IMG/VR virus record: IMGVR_UViG_3300027749_000082
Location: 18,118 to 82,117 of that record
Strand: one strand, 5' to 3'
DNA from: a virus
DNA length: 64,000 nucleotides
Below, piece after piece: positions 51,105-59,405 of this stretch. The first letter of the stretch is position 1. Each line of letters starts with the position of its first letter. The notes beneath the pieces were generated by a model. That model was not told where the DNA came from. It made no database searches and worked only from the letters and a program-made list of their open reading frames with translations. Made by a program: the position numbers and the translations under genes.

Positions 51105-51812
51105 ATGATCGTTTTCGATGAAAAATCGCATACTTATACTAATACTGAATCTAATAATCGTTATATTTCAGTTACAACTTTACTTGGAAAATATAAGAAG
51201 CCATTTGATTCGGACGGTCACTCAAAGCGTGTTGCAGAGCGAGAAGGCGTAACACAAGAATTTGTATTAGAGTCATGGAAAGCTACAACAAAGACAGCTA
51301 CTGATAAGGGTACAAAGATTCACTCTTTAATGGAGCAATTTGTAAAAACCGGTGAAGTAGTAGATACATATAATTACCTTTATAAAAGCTATGATAGCTT
51401 AGTCTCACGAGTTATTGGTAACTATAAAAAGGTTCACTCAGAAAAATTGCTCTTTTTGCACGATTATGAAGTTGCAGGTACATCTGATCTTATATACGAA
51501 CGTAAAGATGATTTTATTGTTGCTGATTTTAAGACAAATAAACAATATAGGTTTAATAGTGATTTTAACGATTACTTTAAAGCGCCGGTTGAGCACTTAC
51601 AGACCTGCGAATTTAATACGTACTCTTTACAATTATCTTTATATGCATATATGTATGAACAAGAATCCGGTAAGAAGTGTAGTAAGCTCGTAACCTTCTA
51701 CTTACAAGAAGATAAGTGGATTCCATACCATTCTAATTACCTTAAAGCGGATGTTTTAAATATTTTAAAAGATTATCAATTTAATCAGCAGAAAGTAACT
51801 ACAAAAGACTAA
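51105..51812 (+). CDS. PD-(D/E)XK exonuclease (RecB/Cas4-like)
   Basis: SVTTLL, GTKIH, AGTSDL, ADFKT, QLSLYA motifs. Confidence 0.88.
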   Translation: MIVFDEKSHTYTNTESNNRYISVTTLLGKYKKPFDSDGHSKRVAEREGVTQEFVLESWKATTKTATDKGTKIHSLMEQFVKTGEVVDTYNYLYKSYDSLVSRVIGNYKKVHSEKLLFLHDYEVAGTSDLIYERKDDFIVADFKTNKQYRFNSDFNDYFKAPVEHLQTCEFNTYSLQLSLYAYMYEQESGKKCSKLVTFYLQEDKWIPYHSNYLKADVLNILKDYQFNQQKVTTKD

Positions 51813-51839
51813 TTAACTTAAATCGATTAAATAATAACA

Positions 51840-52064
51840 ATGAATAAAGGTACATTAATTCGCAAGATAAACGAGAAAATTGACAAAATCACTAACGCAA
51901 TTTATGATCTTAGAGATTTACTTGATGATACAGAAAATGACGATCTTTCTCAGATGGGTAATGACTTAGCAGATGCTATGGTAGAATTTATTTCTAATAA
52001 TGATACTGCTACGAGTAGTGATATATTAGCATACATAGAAGAATATTATGGCAAAAAGCAGTAA
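51840..52064 (+). CDS. Hypothetical protein
   Basis: 74 aa, acidic and helical; TAAATA 6 nt upstream. Confidence 0.65.
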   Translation: MNKGTLIRKINEKIDKITNAIYDLRDLLDDTENDDLSQMGNDLADAMVEFISNNDTATSSDILAYIEEYYGKKQ

Positions 52065-52266
52065 ACACACAAGTTTTTTAAAATACTTTATTAGTAAGTA
52101 TCTTAAGCCTGTCGATGACACTATTGAGTATGATCCTGAGCAAGTTGCTAAGGGTACTAAGGAAGAAATGGAGCACACCAAGTATCCGAAAATAGCGGAA
52201 GTTATTGCTAAGCAGCAAATTGCTGCTAATCCTAATATGTACAAAAATAAAGAAGAAATTAGTTGA
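52048..52266 (+). CDS. DUF5661-like small phage protein
   Basis: DPEQVAKGTKEEMEHT..IA..IA....PNMY pattern. Confidence 0.55.
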   Translation: MAKSSKHTSFLKYFISKYLKPVDDTIEYDPEQVAKGTKEEMEHTKYPKIAEVIAKQQIAANPNMYKNKEEIS

Positions 52267-52291
52267 TTTAATTATATAGTGATAGTATAAT
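52263..52291 (+). promoter_or_regulatory. Sigma70-like promoter of the rhamnose operon
   Basis: TTGATT-17-TATAAT; ATG 8 nt downstream. Confidence 0.7.
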
Positions 52292-52299
52292 TATTCTAT

Positions 52300-53160
52300 A
52301 TGAGTAATGTATTAATTATCGGTGCTGGTTATGTAGGTAATAATCTATATGAGTGGATGAATAAGGAAATACACAATCATAAATTATGGTTGGTAGCACG
52401 TAAAGCTTTAGATTATGCAGATCAATCCGATCTTAGAAAATTTATATTAAACAATGACATTCACTATATTGTTAATTGTAGCGGATTTACTGGTAGGCCT
52501 AATGTTGATGAGGGTGAACTAAAGAAGAAAGAGTGTTGGGATCTTAATGTAGTTATACCTCTTAATATTAGTAATACCTGTAAGCAATTAGGTATTAAAT
52601 ACATTCATATTTCATCGGGGTGTATCTATAGCGGATACGATAAGGTATGGACGGAGCTAGATGAACCTAATTTTGGTTTATTTGATCAATCGTCAACATA
52701 CTCTAAGTCTAAGCACGCTTTTGAGACACTTAGTGATTACGGTTGTATAGTGCGTGTACGTATGCCTTTTTGTAATAACTACAATCCGCGAAGCTTCCTT
52801 ACAAAAATTCATAAGTACGATCAATTAATTAATTTTAAAAACTCTAAAACATATATACCGGATTTGTGCAGGTTTATAGAGTATCTTATTAATAATAAAG
52901 TTGACCTTTCTGCAGTTAATACTATTAACTTTGTTAACCCTCAAGCTCTTGATACTATGCAAGTTACTGATTTAATGTCAGCAAATGGTTTGGATAATCC
53001 TAAATGGGCTTATGTTGATCCTAAACTGCTTAATATGTTAGCACCAAGATCTAATTGTGTCTTATCCATTAGTAAGCTAAAATCATTGTTTCCTGATTTT
53101 GATATACAAACAGAAAAGCAGGCTCTTGATAAAGCTCTTAGTAATATTAAAATAGACTAA
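52300..53160 (+). CDS. dTDP-4-dehydrorhamnose reductase family, NRS/ER (bifunctional epimerase/reductase)-type
   Basis: GAGYVG, GFTGRPNVD, SSGCIY, YSKSK, RVRMP, NPRSFLTKI motifs. Confidence 0.8.
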   Translation: MSNVLIIGAGYVGNNLYEWMNKEIHNHKLWLVARKALDYADQSDLRKFILNNDIHYIVNCSGFTGRPNVDEGELKKKECWDLNVVIPLNISNTCKQLGIKYIHISSGCIYSGYDKVWTELDEPNFGLFDQSSTYSKSKHAFETLSDYGCIVRVRMPFCNNYNPRSFLTKIHKYDQLINFKNSKTYIPDLCRFIEYLINNKVDLSAVNTINFVNPQALDTMQVTDLMSANGLDNPKWAYVDPKLLNMLAPRSNCVLSISKLKSLFPDFDIQTEKQALDKALSNIKID

Positions 53161-53161
53161 T

Positions 53162-53896
53162 ATGACTAAAGGTATTATTTTAGCGGGAGGAAAAGGTACA
53201 CGATTATACCCACTTACCCATTGCATTAGTAAACAGTTACTTCCTGTTTATCATAAACCAATGATCTACTATCCATTGCAGACTCTGAAGAGTATGGGTA
53301 TAACAGAAGTTCTTATTATTACAGCTGATCCACAGCAATGTAGATTGTTTGAAGATCAACTTAAAGATGGCTCACAATATGGTCTCAATTTAACTTATAA
53401 GGTCCAAGATTCGCCACGCGGCTTACCTGATGCATTTATTGTAGGGGAAGCATTTATTGGTAGTGATGATGTAACTTTAATTCTTGGTGATAACGTATTT
53501 ATTACACCAGAAGTAATTGAAGCTGAGCCTAATACAATCTTTACTTATAAAGTTAAACATCCAGAATCATACGGTGTTATCCAGTTAACAGAAGATGGTT
53601 ATATCGACAAGCTTATTGAGAAACCAGTAGAGTTTGTTAGTAATGATGCGGTTGTAGGTTTATATGTATTTAAAAATGAAGTAGTTAATGTAGCAAAAAC
53701 GTTAACACCTTCAGCCAGAGAAGAGCTTGAAATTGTTGATCTAATTAAAGCAATGAATTCTATAGAGAGAGTAAAGGTACAGCAGTTAGATGGATTTTGG
53801 TTTGACTGCGGTACACACGACGATTTACTTGAATGCTCAAATCTCGTACGAGCAATAGAACAAAGAACAAACACAATCGTTGGACTTTATGAATAA
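53162..53896 (+). CDS. rmlA: Glucose-1-phosphate thymidylyltransferase
   Basis: GIILAGGKGTRLYPLT..SKQLLPVY.KPMIYYPL, LILGDN, EKP, SAREELEI, WFDCGT. Confidence 0.95.
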   Translation: MTKGIILAGGKGTRLYPLTHCISKQLLPVYHKPMIYYPLQTLKSMGITEVLIITADPQQCRLFEDQLKDGSQYGLNLTYKVQDSPRGLPDAFIVGEAFIGSDDVTLILGDNVFITPEVIEAEPNTIFTYKVKHPESYGVIQLTEDGYIDKLIEKPVEFVSNDAVVGLYVFKNEVVNVAKTLTPSAREELEIVDLIKAMNSIERVKVQQLDGFWFDCGTHDDLLECSNLVRAIEQRTNTIVGLYE

Positions 53897-54860
53897 AATA
53901 ACTTACCTTGTTACCGGATCATTTGGGTTTATTGGCTCTCATGTCATTATAGAACTATTAAAAAATCCTAATGCTATTATTATTAATATTGATAATTTGA
54001 GTATTGGGAGTGATCCAAAAAACGTACCTATTAGCGAAAGATTAATCAATTATTATATAAATATCTGCGATGAAAGCATCTTTGAAATCTTTGAATCTCA
54101 TAGACCGGATTACATTATTCATCTTGCAGCGGAGTCGCATGTTGATCGATCGATTAGCAATCCTCTTAGTTTTGTCGAATCTAATGTAAACGGTACAGCT
54201 AATATTCTTGAGGGTATGAGACGATTCGTACCTAATGCAAGAATGGTGCATGTGTCTACAGATGAAGTATATGGTCATTTAGAAATAGATGATGAACCGT
54301 TTACAGAAGAAACACCAATTGATGCTCGTTCACCTTATTCTGCATCTAAAGCAGCATCTGATATGTTAGCTTTGTCTTACAGAAATACTTATAAACTAGA
54401 TATTACTGTAACTCGATGCTGTAATAATTATGGTGAGCATCAACACGATGAAAAACTGATTCCTACTATAATTCGTTCTATTGTGAGTGGTAATAGAATA
54501 CCTGTTTACGGAAAGGGTGATAATATTCGTGAGTGGGTATATGTTAAGGATCATGCTAAAGCGGTATTAGAAGTACTCCATCACTTCTCACGTCGACGGA
54601 TCTACAATCTATATGGTATAGAACGCTACCGTAACTTAGATCTTATTAAAAAGATTATAGACGAGCTTGTTGAAATCTATCCAATTTATAAGCGTGACTC
54701 GTATGAGGATTATATTACTTTTGTAGAAGATAGAAAAGGTCACGATTTTAAATACGCAATGTCCTCTATACACGATGAGATTACTGCTTTACATCGACAG
54801 GAAAGCTTTACAACAGCGATTACTAAAACAATCAACTACTATGTGTCTAAATATGCTTGA
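53889..54860 (+). CDS. rmlB: dTDP-glucose 4,6-dehydratase
   Basis: TGSFGFIGS, HLAAESHVDRSI, HVSTDEVYG, PYSASKA, NNYG, EKLIP, DRKGHDFKY. Confidence 0.95.
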   Translation: MNKITYLVTGSFGFIGSHVIIELLKNPNAIIINIDNLSIGSDPKNVPISERLINYYINICDESIFEIFESHRPDYIIHLAAESHVDRSISNPLSFVESNVNGTANILEGMRRFVPNARMVHVSTDEVYGHLEIDDEPFTEETPIDARSPYSASKAASDMLALSYRNTYKLDITVTRCCNNYGEHQHDEKLIPTIIRSIVSGNRIPVYGKGDNIREWVYVKDHAKAVLEVLHHFSRRRIYNLYGIERYRNLDLIKKIIDELVEIYPIYKRDSYEDYITFVEDRKGHDFKYAMSSIHDEITALHRQESFTTAITKTINYYVSKYA

Positions 54861-55315
54861 TGCTCGTTCTCTCCCCATCACCTGGAATAATTAAAGATAC
54901 AAAATTAGACTACGACCTCATTTCCTTTATTTTAAGTCAGTTTATTACTGTAAAACGTAAAGTATATTTAAAAGTTGAAAAGTCTAAGACAACATATTCT
55001 TGCTGTTACCCCGATGAAAAACTTATTCAGATTGATCTCAAGCAGGGAACATCGTTAAAATATGTTATAGCGACACTCCTTCATGAAGTAAGGCATTATA
55101 TCCAAATTAAGCATTTCAACAGTAAGATTCAATTTAAATACGCATCGTATAATGATTACTATAATTCTGCAGAAGAAAAGGATGCACGAAAATATGAAAA
55201 GCTTACAACAGAAGTCTGTAAAATTTACACTAACTACCAAATTATTAAGCGTAAATTTTTAGAATTAGATCTTGATACTTTTAAGGAACTTAACGATAAT
55301 TTAGATAAGCAATGA
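54857..55315 (+). CDS. Putative zinc metallopeptidase
   Basis: TLLHEVRHYIQ (HExxH) with downstream EKDA. Confidence 0.65.
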   Translation: MMLVLSPSPGIIKDTKLDYDLISFILSQFITVKRKVYLKVEKSKTTYSCCYPDEKLIQIDLKQGTSLKYVIATLLHEVRHYIQIKHFNSKIQFKYASYNDYYNSAEEKDARKYEKLTTEVCKIYTNYQIIKRKFLELDLDTFKELNDNLDKQ

Positions 55316-55545
55316 ATATAGTACGGTGTGTTGATAACTACGAGGGTGAAGGCACTCTTATCGATCTGGAGTACGAGTACGATAAAAAATCAAAAAAGTT
55401 TAAAGTAGTTGATTTAAGAATTCACGCTATTATAAATAACATTGTCGGTGAAGTAATGGGATCAGTCAGCGTTGTTGATAAGATCGTCATTGCAAAAGAA
55501 ATAGTATACTGGCTAGAACAAGAAAAAACAGATAACGAAGAATAA
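55312..55545 (+). CDS. Hypothetical protein
   Basis: Coupled ORF. Confidence 0.6.
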   Translation: MNIVRCVDNYEGEGTLIDLEYEYDKKSKKFKVVDLRIHAIINNIVGEVMGSVSVVDKIVIAKEIVYWLEQEKTDNEE

Positions 55546-55546
55546 A

Positions 55547-55726
55547 ATGTATAACGGTAAAATTAGTGAGTTTCGTTTTGAACACGACTCAGATACAAAT
55601 CGCATTATGGTGTATGAAGAAGGTAGGGGCGTTGAGCCTGTATCTCTCATTCATGTAAAACCAAATCTTACGGAAAAGGACTTCCATATAGAGATAATGG
55701 ATTTTTATTCAAAATCAGGTAACTAA
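55547..55726 (+). CDS. Hypothetical 59-aa protein (absent from the ORF track)
   Basis: MYNGKISEFRFEHDSDTNRIMVYEEG...SGN fills the gap exactly. Confidence 0.6.
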   Translation: MYNGKISEFRFEHDSDTNRIMVYEEGRGVEPVSLIHVKPNLTEKDFHIEIMDFYSKSGN

Positions 55727-55734
55727 GCAATAAT

Positions 55735-55983
55735 ATGTTTTGCGGTTGTGGTAGTATTGTAGAATCAGCGCGTGCTGATCTAAATTTAAGAACGTGTCGT
55801 ACATGTGCCTTTACAGGTCCTGATGTTCAACGACCGAAAGGTACAATGATCTATTCTCATAAAACTTCTGGTGAGATTGAGATTCATACGGCAGATAGTT
55901 GGCGTGAAAAAAAGAAGTACTATGTACCTAATGGTAATGGAAGGTCTTGTGTTAAGAACTTTAGTAAGAATATTGCAGTTTAG
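55735..55983 (+). CDS. Small zinc-finger protein
   Basis: CGC...R...CRTC. Confidence 0.55.
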   Translation: MFCGCGSIVESARADLNLRTCRTCAFTGPDVQRPKGTMIYSHKTSGEIEIHTADSWREKKKYYVPNGNGRSCVKNFSKNIAV

Positions 55984-56756
55984 TTTTTTCTTTGAGATGA
56001 AGCTCTACACCTTACGCTGCAATAAGTTTTTTGTTTAAGAACACCCGGTTTACCGTATATTAAATTATCACACTGAGCGCATGGTTTGGATATTATTAAA
56101 GCAAATCTTGTTGGTGGTTTAGATTTACCCTTCCTAGAGTTATCTGTACATTCCTTTGAACAAAATTTTCTTTTTTCAATTATATTTGGTGTGTTAATCA
56201 TTAACTCCTTACAACATTCACACCTTTTTTGTATACGTCTTTGTTGTGACTTACTAGAACAAGCAGTTGAGCAATAAGAACGTCCTTTAGACTGTGATGG
56301 TATAATCTCAAAATCTTGATAGCAGCCCTTACACTTTAAAATTGCTTTATTTTTTTGACTGTCAACTTTACACTGTATACTACAAAAAGATCTATTACTA
56401 CATTCTAAAGATTTAAAAGTAATTCTACAATGTTTACAAGTTGTGTCTATACGTGGTACATATAATTTTCTTCTTAACCAGCCATACAATTTATTTCTTC
56501 TCCAGTACTTACTTACCTTTGTATCTTTTGACATTACATCACAAGCTCTAACTAAACGTAGATTGTTAGGGTATATCTTAACTAGTAACTGATGAGCTAC
56601 ATAATGTTCTTCTGGTGTAAGAGATACTAAATTTTCAGGTTCATCACTACCACCCATACATCGTGGTATAATATGATGTATTTCTTTATAACCTTCAATT
56701 ATACCTCTTACCTGACCACGCTTCACCAGCTTTTCATATATTAATTTGTATTGCAT
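55980..56756 (-). mobile_element. Free-standing HNH homing endonuclease with four zinc-ribbon repeats
   Basis: EIHHIIPRCMGGSDEPENLVSLTPEEHYVAHQLL, then four CxxC...(F/Y)CSxxC units; inserted against the local gene direction. Confidence 0.88.
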
Positions 56757-56813
56757 TTCAAATATATTTATTCAAATAAACTTGATCTCAATATATATTA
56801 CAATAAATAGCTT

Positions 56814-56884
56814 AAAGCCTAGTAGGTCTATATTACTCTGTATTGCATTTCAACTTACTAAGTAAAAACCTACTAGGCTTTTCT
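56814..56884 (+). ncRNA. Candidate hairpin antisense sRNA against the HNH mRNA 5' end
   Basis: 14-bp perfect inverted repeat (56814-56827 / 56868-56881). The loop carries a 23/25 copy of 56737-56761. TAAATA at 56804-56809 upstream; T-run after the stem. Confidence 0.6.
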
Positions 56885-56885
56885 C

Positions 56886-56913
56886 TTGCAGTTAAGAAAA
56901 ATTAAACTATAAT
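56886..56913 (+). promoter_or_regulatory. Sigma70-like promoter
   Basis: TTGCAG-16-TATAAT; ATG 6 nt downstream. Confidence 0.6.
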
Positions 56914-56919
56914 ATAAAA

Positions 56920-57648
56920 ATGTCTATGTTCGATTCAATTAAAATAGAGTTACCGCTTCCAAGTCTTCCACAAGGGGTACTTGATCGTTGGATACTAAAA
57001 GGTGAGCCAATTACTTCAAGTGAAGTTGTCTTTCAAACAAAAGATACACCTAACCAAGGAATGTCTCTTTATAACATCGATGCATCCGGGCAGCTGTTTA
57101 TTCAAAACGTTGAAGGTTATTGGGAAGAACCAGAACCTGTCGAAGAGGATGTTATTAACGATCCTGATAAATTAGTACCTTATCCAAGCTTCCTAACAGC
57201 TCTTGGTAACTATAAAGAAACGTCACGTTCTTGGGAAGAAGTAGACTTTACAGGATCAATTAATTTGTACGAATCGTACGAACATGCAGATAAACCTAAA
57301 TATGGTGATGAACTTTATAATCATGAAGATGATCGTTTCCGATATATGTCAGGTTGGGTTGAATATCAGGTACAGTTAGTTAAGGGTAAGGTCCAGAGTG
57401 AAGTTATTCTTGTTAGTCATGAATTACCAATTCGTTATAATGATGAAGAGCTTGCAGCAAAAAAAGAAAGTTGGGCAATTCAACGTGCAAAGGATGTAGA
57501 AGTTTATAAAGAAAATCGTAGAAAGTATCCTTCTGCTGAACAGAAGCTTATTGATTCAATTTATAAAATATCAAAAGATGCTGAAGTACTTCAACAAATT
57601 GATGAGTATCGTGAAAAATTTGACATTTGGTATACAGATGAAAACTGA
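56920..57648 (+). CDS. Hypothetical phage protein
   Basis: MSMFD...FQTKD...FTGSINLY...WVEY pattern, recalled from phage hypotheticals. Confidence 0.7.
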   Translation: MSMFDSIKIELPLPSLPQGVLDRWILKGEPITSSEVVFQTKDTPNQGMSLYNIDASGQLFIQNVEGYWEEPEPVEEDVINDPDKLVPYPSFLTALGNYKETSRSWEEVDFTGSINLYESYEHADKPKYGDELYNHEDDRFRYMSGWVEYQVQLVKGKVQSEVILVSHELPIRYNDEELAAKKESWAIQRAKDVEVYKENRRKYPSAEQKLIDSIYKISKDAEVLQQIDEYREKFDIWYTDEN

Positions 57649-57862
57649 ACTAACAATAGAACAGAAGACTAAAATTAGCCTCATTAAGGCTAGTATTGGT
57701 GATTTACAAGAACAGCAAGATATGCTCTTTGAGCAGCTATTATCTGATCTTAATATTGTTGAACCAGCTGATAATGACGCTATGTTCGATTACATATATA
57801 ACGATTACATTAACCCCTCACACGATTTATGGCAACAGGAAACATCGCACGCAATAGTATAA
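57638..57862 (+). CDS. Hypothetical protein (start probably ATG 57638)
   Basis: MKTELT... overlaps the end of the upstream gene. Confidence 0.55.
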   Translation: MKTELTIEQKTKISLIKASIGDLQEQQDMLFEQLLSDLNIVEPADNDAMFDYIYNDYINPSHDLWQQETSHAIV

Positions 57863-58170
57863 CAGGAAAATTCATTAAGACAGATCCACCTAACCAGGCT
57901 TATAGGGATGGTTGGGATAACATCTTTAAAAAGAAAAATAAACTTATTCTAGCTTCAGCTAGTTTTTGTGGTCCGTGTAAAATACTTAAATCACAAATCG
58001 ATGGAGAAAATCTAACTGTTGAGATTAAGCAGATGGAAGATGAGATTGATTTCTTTAAGCTACACGCTATTAAGAGTGTACCTCGCTTGCTTGTATTTAA
58101 AGGAGAAGAGCTCATCGATACCGTACAAGGTGCTGATCAAATTTTGCAACGAATTAAAGACGAAAATTGA
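57829..58170 (+). CDS. Thioredoxin/glutaredoxin-like protein with N-terminal extension
   Basis: SASFCGPCKILK active site; IKSVP cis-Pro motif. Confidence 0.85.
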   Translation: MATGNIARNSITGKFIKTDPPNQAYRDGWDNIFKKKNKLILASASFCGPCKILKSQIDGENLTVEIKQMEDEIDFFKLHAIKSVPRLLVFKGEELIDTVQGADQILQRIKDEN

Positions 58171-58205
58171 GGGAAGCTTAATAAGCTTTATAAATATGGA
58201 ATACA

Positions 58206-58763
58206 ATGAACGACACTGAATCAATAATACCAATGAGTGATCCAGATACAGAAACCACTAACGGGGAGGTAGATAGTAGTCATATGAGATTTCATAAAGA
58301 ACATGAACATCTTAATACTACATTCGGTAACGCTTGGTTTGCTCTCAAAGCGGAAGCATTTGCACGTTTTTTCGGCACACCAATGTTTATTATAGGGCAG
58401 ACAGTTTTTGTAACTATCTGGATTATTTTAAATACTATAGGTGTTTGTCATTTCGACCTTTACCCTTTCATTTTATTGAATTTAGCATTCAGTACACAAG
58501 CAGCCTATGCAGCACCTCTAATTCTTCTTGCTCAAACTCGTCAAGCTGATAGAGATAAAGCACACACAGAAGCAGACGCAAAGCATCGTGATGATGTTGC
58601 ACTTGAAGCATCAAGACGTCAACAAGCTGCATCTATACAAACAGAAACTCTTCTCGAGCTTATTAAAAAGAATACAGAGTTGACCAAAAGTATTAAACAA
58701 ATGAACAAGCGTATGACAGTTCTCACAGAGGAAGTTCATGCTGTTGTTACAGCGAAAAAATAG
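58206..58763 (+). CDS. DUF1003 membrane protein
   Basis: ARFFGT...WIILN...FDLYPFILLNLAFSTQAAYAAPLILLAQTRQADRD. Confidence 0.88.
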   Translation: MNDTESIIPMSDPDTETTNGEVDSSHMRFHKEHEHLNTTFGNAWFALKAEAFARFFGTPMFIIGQTVFVTIWIILNTIGVCHFDLYPFILLNLAFSTQAAYAAPLILLAQTRQADRDKAHTEADAKHRDDVALEASRRQQAASIQTETLLELIKKNTELTKSIKQMNKRMTVLTEEVHAVVTAKK

Positions 58764-58764
58764 T

Positions 58765-58989
58765 ATGAAAGTAAACTTACCTATTAAGGGTCGCCGTTAC
58801 CATATTAGAGGTTACGAGTTTGTTGTTAATAAAATTCAGGTATACGAACAAAAAAAGGATTCGTATATAAGTGAAACATCGCTTGAAAATGCTGATCATA
58901 CATGGGTAAGTGAGACAGGTAATACTTGGTACAATTGGGGTAATGGTTCTCTTTTTGAGGAAGTTAAAGAAGAGGGCTTGATAAATTAA
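58765..58989 (+). CDS. Hypothetical protein
   Basis: ORF from MKVNLPIKG. Confidence 0.5.
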   Translation: MKVNLPIKGRRYHIRGYEFVVNKIQVYEQKKDSYISETSLENADHTWVSETGNTWYNWGNGSLFEEVKEEGLIN

Positions 58990-59006
58990 CGGAACTATCT
59001 TATAAT
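58978..59006 (+). promoter_or_regulatory. Sigma70-like promoter with GGAACT spacer element
   Basis: TTGATA-17-TATAAT with GGAACTATCT directly before the -10; ATG 5 nt downstream. Confidence 0.6.
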
Positions 59007-59011
59007 GGAGT

Positions 59012-59233
59012 ATGAGCGACACTCTTAAAGAACTCAAAATAACAATTCAACCTTACGAGTATGAGGATTGTGGATGCGGCTGTGGAGAAAATGGTGATAC
59101 TATTTTTGTTAATGGTATTGATGTAGGAGATGTCATGCATGGTGATCGTGATATTGCAATCCATTTAATTTTAGAGCATCTCGGTTATGATGTAACAATC
59201 GAATATAATGATAAAGATGGAGAGGAATATTAA
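59012..59233 (+). CDS. Hypothetical protein
   Basis: Acidic 73 aa with CGCGC; promoter directly upstream. Confidence 0.65.
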   Translation: MSDTLKELKITIQPYEYEDCGCGCGENGDTIFVNGIDVGDVMHGDRDIAIHLILEHLGYDVTIEYNDKDGEEY

Positions 59234-59237
59234 AATT

Positions 59238-59405
59238 ATGAATATTGTACAATGGTTAAGAGGTTATAAAGCAGGTCGTAATAGTACATTACATGCAGAT
59301 AGAGAACTACAAGAACAGTGGCAACTCCGCGTTCTTAATGGTTCAGAGACATATGAAAGCTTTTGGGTATGGTGGAAAGGTTATAAAACTTCTAATAAAT
59401 TATGA
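59238..59405 (+). CDS. Hypothetical protein
   Basis: MNIVQWLRGYK...WWKGYK internal repeat. Confidence 0.5.
   Translation: MNIVQWLRGYKAGRNSTLHADRELQEQWQLRVLNGSETYESFWVWWKGYKTSNKL

Noticed and set aside
51105-51812. Cas4 as part of a CRISPR system
   Set aside because: Stand-alone PD-(D/E)XK nuclease common in phages; the four-Cys Fe-S pattern is not evident and there are no other cas genes.
56814-56884. Simple rho-independent terminator
   Set aside because: The loop is 40 nt, the element lies between divergent genes with no gene ending there, and the loop copies the HNH start region. It is reported as a candidate sRNA instead.
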